From positions 12,244-76,243 of IMG/VR virus record IMGVR_UViG_3300036770_003728: 64,000 nucleotides of DNA; one strand, written 5' to 3'. The position numbers and the translations under genes are program-made. Below the pieces are notes generated by a model. That model made no database searches. It was not told the DNA's origin and saw only the letters and a list, made by a program, of their open reading frames with translations. Position 1 is the stretch's first letter; every line of letters starts with the position of its first letter. Source of the DNA: a virus. Positions 18,919 through 28,530 of the stretch are shown piece after piece.

Positions 18919-19164
18919 TTACTGTACCACTATTATAGCTGAAATCAATACCCAAGTCAAATAAAGGGTTATTACTAGCAGCACCAAAAGCTCAATTACA
19001 GTGAATCGAGTACCACTGTAGATGTTGCTAATATGCCGCAGAATGTTGTATTCGTGCCACACTTTTGTGTCAATCAAGGGCGGGTGCCCAGGACATCTCC
19101 CTTGCTGCCAGTCGCAATCTGGGCTATACACCTGCCCACAAACCTTACACTTTGCTGGCAGCAT
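18919..19164 (-). CDS. Possible small Cys-rich membrane protein
   Basis: CKVC...C...C and a hydrophobic C-terminus; overlaps a promoter, so uncertain. Confidence 0.4.
   Translation of the reverse strand: MLPAKCKVCGQVYSPDCDWQQGRCPGHPPLIDTKVWHEYNILRHISNIYSGTRFTVIELLVLLVITLYLTWVLISAIIVVQ
18932..18972 (-). promoter_or_regulatory. sigma70 promoter TTGACT-17-TATAAT with operator-like AATACCC-N12-GGGTTAT
   Basis: Read directly; the motif is shared with two other promoters. Confidence 0.8.
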
Positions 19165-19471
19165 GACGGCAATTACCCCTATAAGTATAGCCCGGGCAAG
19201 TACATGCCCAAGTGCCATTTGCGCGAGTTAGGGTGTACTTTTGCCCTTTTGACCCTTCTACAATCACTGTATTAGGGTCATTTTCTGCTATCTCGCGCAG
19301 GATTTTGAATGTACGCCCACGTGAATCCCAGCGAATCGGCTTACGAAAACGTTGAGCTACGCGAGCACCTTCGGGCACATAAGCAATAATATACTCCATA
19401 TTGTCAGAGACAAGATAGAGATTATTAGCAGTGCTATCTGCCCATTTAGTTGTTTCATGTACAATTTTCAT
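19145..19471 (-). CDS. SWIM zinc-finger protein
   Basis: GSKGQKYTL...WACTCPGYTYRGNCRH. Confidence 0.8.
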   Translation of the reverse strand: MKIVHETTKWADSTANNLYLVSDNMEYIIAYVPEGARVAQRFRKPIRWDSRGRTFKILREIAENDPNTVIVEGSKGQKYTLTRANGTWACTCPGYTYRGNCRHAASKV

Positions 19472-19477
19472 GCTCTA

Positions 19478-19520
19478 AGTATAGCTGAAAACAAATACCC
19501 TGTCAATTCACAGGGTATTT
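19478..19520 (-). promoter_or_regulatory. sigma70 promoter TTGACA-17-TATACT with perfect inverted repeat AAATACCCTG-N8-CAGGGTATTT over the -35
   Basis: Read directly. Confidence 0.85.
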
Positions 19521-19837
19521 GTGGTATTTTCGCCACAGAGCTGAATAGGCAAGTGTCTTACAGCAATGATTTCCTGCACCAAATCCAATAACTGTTGGGA
19601 GTCCCATCCATTATCCAACCATTCGGTTTGCCATTCATCTACACACCACAGCATGTCTCTGTGGTGTGTTTTGATGATATTTTCCAAACGTTTGATATGA
19701 GGAGTAGGACCCGTAAACACATGACTGAATTTGGCCAAACCACCCCAAGCTCCGGTGTAGTCTTTTTGCCTACGCTCCACGTCTGAAGTAATCCCGAACC
19801 CCAATCTGTAGGGTCCGGGTAGTATGTAAAAATACAT
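19508..19837 (-). CDS. Small GIY-YIG/T5orf172-like protein
   Basis: YFYI...GFGIT...RR...LE...TEWL pattern. Confidence 0.6.
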   Translation of the reverse strand: MYFYILPGPYRLGFGITSDVERRQKDYTGAWGGLAKFSHVFTGPTPHIKRLENIIKTHHRDMLWCVDEWQTEWLDNGWDSQQLLDLVQEIIAVRHLPIQLCGENTTNTL

Positions 19838-20988
19838 TAGGCAGCTTTACGTACAGTAAAAAGGTCTTTGATATCCTCGTCAAGGAAATCAATGATACGA
19901 TCACATCTGTCCAACAGCGGTTGGGGGATACGCTGACGTCCACCTAGTCGTTGGTAGAGCTGCATGAGCACACAGGCAATAGCGTCGTCCTGCCAAGGAA
20001 TTTCGTAGCCATAAACATGCTTGCCCCATTTAGTGTGAGCGCGATGTACAGCCTCATGAAACTGCGACAGTCCGGCAAAGAACTGCTGTAGGATACCGGC
20101 TAGCTCCTCTAAGAATTCATCGGTGAGACTGATCTTAGCAGCATTAAACGATTTACAAACATCATTCATAAAAAACCACAAGCTACCGTCGATCTCATCG
20201 TAGTGAAAATATTCATTGTGCCAACGACATGCAGTCTCTAGAGTCTTATTGTCTAGACTTAGAGCTTGCATATGAGTAAACGTACCAGGCAAACCTACAA
20301 AAGAACTTTCCTTGTCTACTGGGTAGCAGTCGTATTTTTCACAAATACTTTGCTTGACTTCTGCTGCAATATCTTCGGGATCCAAGCTACCATCAATACG
20401 CTTGCTCAAGACCTTGGTACGGTGCTCATACCAATTTGAAATCTTTTTCTTGCCCTTGCCATTGATCAAAGCAAATGCCTTACGAGCAAATGCGCGATTG
20501 GCAGTTTCGATATACAGCACTGCTACCTCAACTTCACGCCAATCCGATTCACCGGAAAACAAGCCAGCATTTACCAATGCTGCTAATAACGTTACAGAAT
20601 GTTGACCATCTACTGCATGGTATTCTTCTTTACCAGGAATCTTAATACAGTAAACCACTTGAAGCAATTGTGGCTTAAAATTAGCAATTTCACTGATACG
20701 AGTACAGTGCTTGCTATCAAGAGCTCGCTGAATATCCTCATCAATAAACAGCAGACCCAACTTGACCATTTTAACCAATGGTCGCAGGTTGGGGTTCAAC
20801 ATCACACCTTGAGCACGGTACTCAGCAACTAACTTTTGCCATTGCTTGTAGTTTTCCAACTCATCTAACCTGTTCTGCAGGTTTACAATCTTGCTCTTGC
20901 TTTGCTTGAGCGGATTGCGTGTTTGCATTACATTGGGACGACGCACTACGGGTTGGTATGTCGGGATCATAATTTCCTCAGTTTCCAT
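19837..20988 (-). CDS. ParB/Srx-like (DGQH) domain protein
   Basis: IDEDIQR...YHAVDGQH...AFALIN motifs. Confidence 0.7.
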   Translation of the reverse strand: METEEIMIPTYQPVVRRPNVMQTRNPLKQSKSKIVNLQNRLDELENYKQWQKLVAEYRAQGVMLNPNLRPLVKMVKLGLLFIDEDIQRALDSKHCTRISEIANFKPQLLQVVYCIKIPGKEEYHAVDGQHSVTLLAALVNAGLFSGESDWREVEVAVLYIETANRAFARKAFALINGKGKKKISNWYEHRTKVLSKRIDGSLDPEDIAAEVKQSICEKYDCYPVDKESSFVGLPGTFTHMQALSLDNKTLETACRWHNEYFHYDEIDGSLWFFMNDVCKSFNAAKISLTDEFLEELAGILQQFFAGLSQFHEAVHRAHTKWGKHVYGYEIPWQDDAIACVLMQLYQRLGGRQRIPQPLLDRCDRIIDFLDEDIKDLFTVRKAA

Positions 20989-20993
20989 GGTGG

Positions 20994-21251
20994 TTAAGAA
21001 CAGTTAAGTTTCAAAATATACAGGGTAATTAAAGATTCGTCAAGCCTAATACAATCACTCGGATAACGGGTAGTGGCCTTGGATTCATAGACACTACGAC
21101 GTATCAAGTGCACAACTTTGACCATCTTAGGTGTTAATGCCACTATTTTACCTATTTTAAGCTGGTTACGTCCTAGGCCAGAGCTACTGGGGTAAGCAAC
21201 AAAATTATCAATTTTGAGCTCTTGTCCAAGTATATCCAAGTGGTTTTCCAT
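20994..21251 (-). CDS. Hypothetical protein (small beta-barrel-like)
   Basis: DILGQELKIDNFVAY...GKIVALTPKMVKV; own promoter TTGACA-17-TACTAT at 21261-21289. Confidence 0.65.
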   Translation of the reverse strand: MENHLDILGQELKIDNFVAYPSSSGLGRNQLKIGKIVALTPKMVKVVHLIRRSVYESKATTRYPSDCIRLDESLITLYILKLNCS

Positions 21252-21285
21252 AACAAAGTTATAGTAACAGGAATTCGTCTAGCTG

Positions 21286-21459
21286 TCAAATGTTGTAAAA
21301 CTGCAACAACTCGCTTTGAGCAGCAAGTTCATCTAAGTAGATCTCACGCAGTACGCGATTAATCTCATCAAATTCCATGCTGGAATCAAGATCAAAACGA
21401 GCCATGTCTAACTCAAATTCAGCTATATCTTCTAAGGTCATGTAGTCAGGGTAGATCAC
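21286..21459 (-). CDS. Small highly acidic early protein (57 aa); not in the ORF track
   Basis: GTG start with AAGGAG SD and a consensus promoter; MIYPDYMTLEDIAEFELDMARFDLDSSMEFDEINRVLREIYLDELAAQSELLQFYNI. Confidence 0.7.
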   Translation of the reverse strand: MIYPDYMTLEDIAEFELDMARFDLDSSMEFDEINRVLREIYLDELAAQSELLQFYNI

Positions 21460-21487
21460 AATCAACTCCTTTAGTTACAATAAACCT

Positions 21488-21528
21488 AGTATAGCAGCGA
21501 TCAATACCCTTGTCAAATACTGGGTTTT
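21488..21528 (-). promoter_or_regulatory. sigma70 promoter TTGACA-17-TATACT with AATACCC-N12-GGGTTTT
   Basis: Read directly. Confidence 0.85.
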
Positions 21529-21530
21529 AA

Positions 21531-22679
21531 CTACTTTTTCGGTGCTTGCGGAAGAATTTTTCTCATATAATCCAGGTCTGTGCGTTCTGGATGGGGTTGA
21601 TACCAGCCATTGCCTGTGTAAACATCCAATACCGAAGTAAAGTATTCCTCATACATTTTGGCCACACGATCCAGGCTAAAGTTGTTTACTGCCCACTGTC
21701 TGCAAGCATGCGGATCTATGTTGTTGATATTTTCGGCTGCCCATTTGAATTGTTCAAAAGTTCTGCAACGATAGCCAGTCATACCGTGTATATTGTTTTC
21801 CACAAAACTACCCCAGTCTGTGCTGATAGTAGGTGTGCCAGATAACAGCATTTCAATCTGCACGCCACCAAATGGTTCAATATACATGCTGGGTACAAAA
21901 GCAGCACGAGCGCGACTCATCAGATGTCTGCGTGTTTCAACATCAGCGTAGCCTACGTACTCAACATGGTCGGGCGTGGTTTTATAGCCCATGTCTGCCA
22001 AACTACCTTGACCAGCAATCTTTAATCTTGCACCAATTGCTTCGGTGGCTTGAATAGCCACGTTTACTCCTTTACCATCATAGATTCTGCCCACAAACAA
22101 AAAATAATCTTCTTTGTTGTTGGGATCAAAAGTAAAGTCATCTACATCAAAATAGTTTGGTATAACTACGTCATACCAATCTTGTTTACAAGTACCTACC
22201 GCAGTTAGACCATAGTAAGCATGATAAATGGCATAGCTTTCAAAAATTTTGAATCTAGCAAAATGCCCGCCAGCATAGCCGATGCCTGGCTCAACCACAA
22301 TCATGTCTCCGTGAGCATCACAGATAGGTTTATGACCCCAACCCCAAAATGGCAATAAGAAATCATGCCGCTGTTTACGAGCAGCAATTTCGCGTATGGC
22401 ATTAGCATAAAAGGTTTGATAAGCATGATCATTGACATCAAACTTAAAAAAGTTACGACGCCAGTCATAGTCACCGTAGGCTTTTTCCAAATCACTATTG
22501 GTGATGACATCAACATGTTCATCACAATCCACATCTGAATCCGGGTGCCCGTAGTGTATGATTTCGTGCCCACGAGCTCGCATCATCTTGCCAAACTTCC
22601 AGACCTTTTGTGTATAGGCACAGGCATTGTATTCTTTGTTGGTAACAGTATGTGGTAATCCTAGTATATGAAAACGCAT
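21531..22679 (-). CDS. GT-B glycosyltransferase (GT4-like)
   Basis: LFVGRI...KG and [16 protein letters not shown] (EX7E motif). Confidence 0.88.
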   Translation of the reverse strand: MRFHILGLPHTVTNKEYNACAYTQKVWKFGKMMRARGHEIIHYGHPDSDVDCDEHVDVITNSDLEKAYGDYDWRRNFFKFDVNDHAYQTFYANAIREIAARKQRHDFLLPFWGWGHKPICDAHGDMIVVEPGIGYAGGHFARFKIFESYAIYHAYYGLTAVGTCKQDWYDVVIPNYFDVDDFTFDPNNKEDYFLFVGRIYDGKGVNVAIQATEAIGARLKIAGQGSLADMGYKTTPDHVEYVGYADVETRRHLMSRARAAFVPSMYIEPFGGVQIEMLLSGTPTISTDWGSFVENNIHGMTGYRCRTFEQFKWAAENINNIDPHACRQWAVNNFSLDRVAKMYEEYFTSVLDVYTGNGWYQPHPERTDLDYMRKILPQAPKK

Positions 22680-22680
22680 G

Positions 22681-23439
22681 TTATTCTCTGGTTAAAACTG
22701 CATAAAATTCATTGCTGCCTCTAGCAGTGGTATAAACTTGATCGCAGCGCCATGGCTGTAGATCTAGCTGATACAGCAGTTCAATGATTAAATCAAAACT
22801 CTCTGGGGTAAATCTCCAAGCATGACTGTCAATATATCTTTGTTGTAATTCACGTGCATTGCTTATACATTCACGTATCCTATCCAGGGTCAAAGTAGTC
22901 AAAGGATGAGGCCCATGATCTTGGTTCCAATGTCTGTACTCATTGTTATGGCAACCAAAAAGTTCATTTTGTAACAATGTACTAGGCAACAACCTACGTC
23001 GCTGTTCTATATGGGCTCCAATAACTTCTGCTATAGTAGACTCTGGTTGAAAATGATCAAAACAGTAACGACGATCCGGAATAGCCACATAGTATTGTTT
23101 AACCGACAAATCGGCTATTTCATGTAAATGCCTGATTAGGTCAGGTTGATGTTCTACTACATGACTGCTGAATACTGTATCAAATTTGAGATCAGTTTGA
23201 ATAGTTGGAGTCTGGTCAAGGTTGATAATAATATCAATATGATCGGGGGTTCCCGACGGGTTGTATCCATGCCGTCCGGCTTGAACACGAATTTCCTCAG
23301 CTGTGCAAATGTCTGCATAGTAGACATCATAGTCTGGACGACGAAATTGTGGTTTGGCATATGGTCCTATTTCTAGTAACCTCAGACCGGGATCGATTTG
23401 AGCACAAAATTGCGCTCTATGAATAGGTGGATTGATCAT
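22681..23439 (-). CDS. SAM-dependent methyltransferase
   Basis: LLEIGP and [12 protein letters not shown]. Confidence 0.75.
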   Translation of the reverse strand: MINPPIHRAQFCAQIDPGLRLLEIGPYAKPQFRRPDYDVYYADICTAEEIRVQAGRHGYNPSGTPDHIDIIINLDQTPTIQTDLKFDTVFSSHVVEHQPDLIRHLHEIADLSVKQYYVAIPDRRYCFDHFQPESTIAEVIGAHIEQRRRLLPSTLLQNELFGCHNNEYRHWNQDHGPHPLTTLTLDRIRECISNARELQQRYIDSHAWRFTPESFDLIIELLYQLDLQPWRCDQVYTTARGSNEFYAVLTRE

Positions 23440-24302
23440 GAACAGTGTTGAATGACTGATTCTGCAATAGTGCGTACATCAAATCTATTTACACATTCTA
23501 GGTCGCCACGATGACAAATAAATTGTGTGCAGGGTGCAGGATACTCTGTGTGACATCCATAGCAATCAATATCAGCCGCAATAGGAATATAGGGTTTGTC
23601 ACGCAGGGGTTGTCTATACTCAGATCGTACACTGGTGTACAAAACTACCATGGGTGTGGCAGTGGTGCCAGCTACGTGCGCTGGTGCAGAATCAGTACCT
23701 AAATAGCATTTAGCATTGGCAATAACTTCTCGTAATTCGTGTACAGTGAAATGGCCACGGGTATCTATTAATCTTTTACCAGCAAAAAATGGTTCGTTTT
23801 GACTACCAACCTGTACTATGGTTACATCAGACTTGGCATGTATGTAATCAATTATTTGTCGCCAAAAGTTTTCTGGCAAGTTCCTACTAGGCCATGGCCA
23901 ACGACGCATGTGCAGCACTATGTATTTTGGTCCACTCACAGTGTACTTGAATTGCCTGGCTAGTTCTTGATCTTGGGCAGTAGTGAACAACTCAAGTCCG
24001 AGATCAAAATCTCGGTGTTGAAAAACTGAATCAGCATAGGCATGAACTGCGTGTTTTTTTGGATCACGTTCGTATACCAAGTCTAAATCATAGTACTGAT
24101 CATAATCAGCAATCATAGCCGAATTAGGCAATACACGATGTATAGCGTTGATGTTAGGGTTATTAACCACGTAATCTGCATGCTGCTGATTTACTGCAAA
24201 GTCAATTACCGCATCAGGATTTAGTGCTCGAAGTTGTCTAATAATAGGTGTGGTCATTAGTACGTCACCGCCTGCACCTTGTCTGTTTACTAAAATTTTC
24301 AT
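23436..24302 (-). CDS. GT9 (heptosyltransferase-like) glycosyltransferase
   Basis: GDVLMTTP and GTDSAPAHVA; C-terminal Cys cluster. Confidence 0.85.
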   Translation of the reverse strand: MKILVNRQGAGGDVLMTTPIIRQLRALNPDAVIDFAVNQQHADYVVNNPNINAIHRVLPNSAMIADYDQYYDLDLVYERDPKKHAVHAYADSVFQHRDFDLGLELFTTAQDQELARQFKYTVSGPKYIVLHMRRWPWPSRNLPENFWRQIIDYIHAKSDVTIVQVGSQNEPFFAGKRLIDTRGHFTVHELREVIANAKCYLGTDSAPAHVAGTTATPMVVLYTSVRSEYRQPLRDKPYIPIAADIDCYGCHTEYPAPCTQFICHRGDLECVNRFDVRTIAESVIQHCS

Positions 24303-25069
24303 GTTAATCTGGCTACCTGTTGTAATTTTGTTACGTAGTCTGGATCTTGTGCTGTGCCCAAATCAATGGCACGCTGGGCTAGATCTGTGTGACCCAGTGA
24401 TATTAAATTACAGACCATACGTAATGCTGCTTCGGTGGACCTACTAGGTAATAACTCAACAAAATCAGCCACCGCGTCCTGATCTAAGTAATAGGGCACA
24501 TTAAAACTTCCATGAAACCCAAATGTGTGTTTATGGTCAGCTGGGTGCTCATGACTAAAACGTTGGGCAGTTTGTTGATCTGCATAGCGTATACCACGCT
24601 GTTCTAAATAATCTCTATACACAATACCAATGGTTTGGTCTTCGTTGTGCTGACATTGTACAGCAGGATCACGTAGCAGATCTAGTAATCTTCTACTGCG
24701 TAGACTAAATCCACCATTGCCTACACGATAACCATTGGGATGATGCGCCCATGGCCACCAGGCACCAATGTAATCATAGTTAAGAAAATCATCAGTCCAA
24801 CAATCTGCATTGACTGCCATGCCATCGTATTGCACAACCAATACATGTTCTGTGGTAATCAAAGGCCACAGATTCTTGATCATGATTTGGTTATAATCCT
24901 GTACTGTAACAGGCCTGGTCTGTATCCATTCAGCACCGGGATACACTGGTTCGGCAGTTAACGTAACAATTCGACGACAACTAATACAATCAAGAGTTCT
25001 AGCTATACTGCGCCCAAGTAACTGAGGAGCATGCGTATCAACCGCCAACAAAGTAATATCTAAGGCCAT
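24299..25069 (-). CDS. Glycosyltransferase-like protein (GNGGFSLRS family, recalled as DUF5672)
   Basis: VQYDG, YDYIGA, VGNGGFSLRS, NED and FGFH motifs. Confidence 0.75.
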   Translation of the reverse strand: MALDITLLAVDTHAPQLLGRSIARTLDCISCRRIVTLTAEPVYPGAEWIQTRPVTVQDYNQIMIKNLWPLITTEHVLVVQYDGMAVNADCWTDDFLNYDYIGAWWPWAHHPNGYRVGNGGFSLRSRRLLDLLRDPAVQCQHNEDQTIGIVYRDYLEQRGIRYADQQTAQRFSHEHPADHKHTFGFHGSFNVPYYLDQDAVADFVELLPSRSTEAALRMVCNLISLGHTDLAQRAIDLGTAQDPDYVTKLQQVARLT

Positions 25070-25070
25070 G

Positions 25071-25790
25071 TTAATCCTGTACTGCGACCCCATTGGGGCC
25101 TATGCGACCTTGTATACCCACTGCATCCAATTCAATAATCTTGTCAGGGTCTAAAAAATGAAATAATACATGCTCAATGTCAGCATAGCCTCCTTGAGCA
25201 AGACGTTCAAACATATACTCAAGACCATTTTGATAGGTTAGTATAATTTCAGCGGTTAAAGCCGTGGGCCAAGACCAAAGTCGACTCATATACTGATTAA
25301 CAATGCCCCCAGTGATGGCAGCAGGAAACTGACTGTTTCTGCGTCGAGCTAGTACAATGGCATTCTGCACCAAGTGTTGATCATAGTAAGCAGCACGAAA
25401 TTGATCATTTAATGTATAACGTCCGCTAATCTTAAAGCAGCGTTGGTAAGCATCAAGTTGCTGACTGTTTACTAGGTTAGTTAGTATGCGTTGAAAGCAC
25501 TGTACTTCGTTGACATTTTTTACTATGTCCCAGTTGTCTGAGCTATGATATAATTGTCTAACAGTGGCGTCTTGTGTAAAGTCAATGAGTTTGTCTACTG
25601 AGTTGGTAATTTGGTTGCGCTGCTGATCAGTCAGTGGTTCAGCACTCATTTCTAACCAATAGATATCGGCACTGGCCGCATGGCGACGTATACTGGCCAC
25701 TGTGGCCATGGTTTGGCTGAGTCGTTGTTCGGAATCAAATATTCCAAATTTAGTGTTGATAGCACTGGTTATAAAAAATACTGATTTCAT
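25071..25790 (-). CDS. Hypothetical, possibly glycosyltransferase-related protein
   Basis: FKISGRY motif; lies inside the glycan cluster. Confidence 0.6.
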   Translation of the reverse strand: MKSVFFITSAINTKFGIFDSEQRLSQTMATVASIRRHAASADIYWLEMSAEPLTDQQRNQITNSVDKLIDFTQDATVRQLYHSSDNWDIVKNVNEVQCFQRILTNLVNSQQLDAYQRCFKISGRYTLNDQFRAAYYDQHLVQNAIVLARRRNSQFPAAITGGIVNQYMSRLWSWPTALTAEIILTYQNGLEYMFERLAQGGYADIEHVLFHFLDPDKIIELDAVGIQGRIGPNGVAVQD

Positions 25791-26488
25791 TGTTTGCTTA
25801 CGGCCTCTATGTCATGATAACAGGTAATACGATTAACACAAATACCACGTAGACCATGTTGTCTCATATAGTCATTGGTCCGTTCCCAAAGATTAGCATC
25901 TGAGGGATAAGCACGACCCATCATTTTTACTAGATCCCAATAACGCAATGGTATTCGTGCAAAATTCATACATGTTGTACTATGTATCAATCTACAGGGC
26001 TCAGGTCTATAATTATGATATTGATCATTGTTAGGCAAGGGAGGTAAAATTTCACCTGTTACATGTCGTGCTCTTGTACAGACAAAATCAGCTTGGAATT
26101 GTTCTATAGCCAAGTTAATTTCTGCCAGATGATTGTCTGCCCAATAGTCATCATGATCTAATTTAGCCACATAATCATACCCATGTTGTCGTATAACATC
26201 CAGCCCATGATTGGCTGCTGCTACTCCGCCCGAGCACCATAATGCTTCACCACGATAACCAGCATCACGTTCAGCTGCCACTGGTAAGTTTTCTAAATAG
26301 ATTTTTTCTTTAGGATATTTACCGACTATGTCACGCAGTTCTTGATCTGGATCATACCGATCACCAATGACAAATACATGAAAATCTTGATGAGTTTGAG
26401 CAAATACACTATCCAGGGTGCGCGGCAGTATGGTAGTCATTGCTCCGTCGGGGCGGCGGTATGTGTTGAGAAGAATGGCTATTTTCAT
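25787..26488 (-). CDS. GT-A (GT2-like) glycosyltransferase
   Basis: TLDSVFAQT, ANHGL and LDHDD motifs. Confidence 0.85.
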   Translation of the reverse strand: MKIAILLNTYRRPDGAMTTILPRTLDSVFAQTHQDFHVFVIGDRYDPDQELRDIVGKYPKEKIYLENLPVAAERDAGYRGEALWCSGGVAAANHGLDVIRQHGYDYVAKLDHDDYWADNHLAEINLAIEQFQADFVCTRARHVTGEILPPLPNNDQYHNYRPEPCRLIHSTTCMNFARIPLRYWDLVKMMGRAYPSDANLWERTNDYMRQHGLRGICVNRITCYHDIEAVSKQ

Positions 26489-27105
26489 GCCAGGCGCCGA
26501 ATTACATAACAATTGCCTTCAACATAGTCAGGCAAAAATCCTCGAGCACAATGAGTATTAGGCACAGTACCATAAGCATGATAACGCCGGGGATCTAGGT
26601 TCTTGACTATGGCATCTACCGCAGGTCCTACCTCTGGACTATGCTCTCTGTCGTTATAGTCATCAAATACTATCCAGCCATTGGGTACCACTAATTCACT
26701 ATACCATTTCCAATCTTGCTCAACCCCTGCACCAGTATGGTCTCCATCTATAAACAGTAGGTCTACACTTAGGTCTTTAACACGATCAAAAACAGATTGT
26801 TCGTGACTGCTGCCTAGTACATACCTGAAATTGTTACCCAATGGGTTATTGGCTTCGATGTTAAACTTTACAATACTAGGATGTACCGGACTGCCTAGAT
26901 CAATACTTACCACACTGACATCAGGTCGTTGTAGCATTAGAATAGCACTGGCTCCAGCGTAACAACCGATTTCTAAATAAGTAGGTTTAGCACTTGGTAA
27001 AGGTAAATCATATAATATATGAAAATGATGGTGAAATGTTTGCCCACCGATGCGTTCAGTAATGTCTTCTAGAATTTTAAGAGATTGTGCAGTAGTTGTA
27101 ATCAT
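26485..27105 (-). CDS. Class I SAM methyltransferase (Methyltransf_24-like)
   Basis: YLEIGCYAGAS, DLLFIDGDH and GWIVFDDY. Confidence 0.85.
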   Translation of the reverse strand: MITTTAQSLKILEDITERIGGQTFHHHFHILYDLPLPSAKPTYLEIGCYAGASAILMLQRPDVSVVSIDLGSPVHPSIVKFNIEANNPLGNNFRYVLGSSHEQSVFDRVKDLSVDLLFIDGDHTGAGVEQDWKWYSELVVPNGWIVFDDYNDREHSPEVGPAVDAIVKNLDPRRYHAYGTVPNTHCARGFLPDYVEGNCYVIRRLA

Positions 27106-27722
27106 TGTCTTGGTCTCGCAGGATTACCCTGTAATATAATCCCAGCATGTTCTGAATTTTGATAGCTGTGGCGCACGATAGATCCGGCTGATACTTGTAC
27201 CCCGGCAGCTAGATGTCTGTTAGGCAGTACATAACTACCAATCCCAAAAATACAACCAGGACCAATTTGGCAATCACCGCAGATTTCTGTGTTAGGAAAC
27301 ATAGTGGTCCATTGACCTACGCAGGCATCATGCCCCACAGTGGCGTTGGTATTCATAAAAACAAAATCCTCTACCACTGCATCACCAACTACAATACATT
27401 GAGCAGCTAACACACAACCGCGACCAATTCGAGAAAATGGGCTTACTTCACAACTTGGGTGTATGTATGTTCCCCAGCGGTCCTCGTTCTTACTGACTAT
27501 AGCACGTTTAACATCAGGTTGTGCTACTGCTAGTAAGAATTCACAGTCAGCGAATTCACCTGGTTCTATATTGTCACGCACTGGAAAATGCTTGGTGTAT
27601 TCTGGATTGTTAAAGGGTTCTGTGCTGACTACGGCTGCAATAGCACCTAGTCCTCGGTCGTTGGCGATATAACCAATTAATTCTTTGGCTAATCCCCCAG
27701 ACCCAAATATTACATATTTCAT
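27102..27722 (-). CDS. PglD/NeuD-like sugar acetyltransferase (hexapeptide repeat)
   Basis: IFGSGGLAKE, IHPS, NTNATVGHD and GNPAR. Confidence 0.88.
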   Translation of the reverse strand: MKYVIFGSGGLAKELIGYIANDRGLGAIAAVVSTEPFNNPEYTKHFPVRDNIEPGEFADCEFLLAVAQPDVKRAIVSKNEDRWGTYIHPSCEVSPFSRIGRGCVLAAQCIVVGDAVVEDFVFMNTNATVGHDACVGQWTTMFPNTEICGDCQIGPGCIFGIGSYVLPNRHLAAGVQVSAGSIVRHSYQNSEHAGIILQGNPARPRQ

Positions 27723-28351
27723 TGTTGATAAACCTTGTATTTGCTAAGATCCGGATATGCATGTTCTATGTCCGGTAAGTGTCGTTTGCTACCATCTTCA
27801 GTATTGTAAAACTGATTCATTAATAACAATCCTCGTGCTGCTAGTTCGGGCATCATGTAAAAATTCCAACCCAACATATCAAAATGATCATCGTGATAGC
27901 TACACTCGCGGCGACCACTGAACCTAGCACGTTTGAACCATAGCATAGCTTCGTAGTTGTCAGTGAGTATAGCACCACCTTTGCTGAGTTTGAAATGTTT
28001 GTAAGGACCAGTGAAACTCACACACTGATATTGTCCAGGCACATACATGTCTGCGGTGAATCTCAAAGCACTATCCCAAACCGGTGTAGGATCAAGTTGA
28101 TATGCACCGCGTATGGTACGTCCTTCAACTGGTAGGAATTCTACTCGTGCCCCAGCATGAATTATTTCACAGGGTACACTGGGATAGGTTCTAGCAGGTA
28201 TGCGTATAGTTTGATCTTTTACTCCAAGATACATCAAGCAAAGAAATAGTGCATTGCTTTGATTATCAACAGTAATTGCATATGGTGCTCCGGTATAATC
28301 TGCTAGGGCAGATTCGAAGTCTTCAGTGACTTTGTAGACGCCTTGTGCCAT
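27719..28351 (-). CDS. Short DegT/DnrJ/EryC1/StrS-family PLP aminotransferase (210 aa)
   Basis: FESALADYTGAPYAI, TYPSV, WDSA, SF...K...GGAILTDN and GWNFYM. Confidence 0.85.
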   Translation of the reverse strand: MAQGVYKVTEDFESALADYTGAPYAITVDNQSNALFLCLMYLGVKDQTIRIPARTYPSVPCEIIHAGARVEFLPVEGRTIRGAYQLDPTPVWDSALRFTADMYVPGQYQCVSFTGPYKHFKLSKGGAILTDNYEAMLWFKRARFSGRRECSYHDDHFDMLGWNFYMMPELAARGLLLMNQFYNTEDGSKRHLPDIEHAYPDLSKYKVYQQ

Positions 28352-28354
28352 TGC

Positions 28355-28513
28355 TTACTCTTTGGCTTTAGGACGATCATTTTCCAACAAGTCTTTGATT
28401 ACACGGATTGCTTTACGACTAGTGTCGTACACATACTCTTTGGTTTCTTCTTCGGTTGCGATAACCAAAATGAAACCATTGGCAGCTCGACGGATTTCGA
28501 TTGATTCAAACAT
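28355..28513 (-). CDS. Small hypothetical protein (52 aa); not in the ORF track
   Basis: MFESIEIRRAANGFILVIA...; GAGGA SD; first gene of the glycan cluster. Confidence 0.7.
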   Translation of the reverse strand: MFESIEIRRAANGFILVIATEEETKEYVYDTSRKAIRVIKDLLENDRPKAKE

Positions 28514-28530
28514 AATTGATCCTCAAGTTA

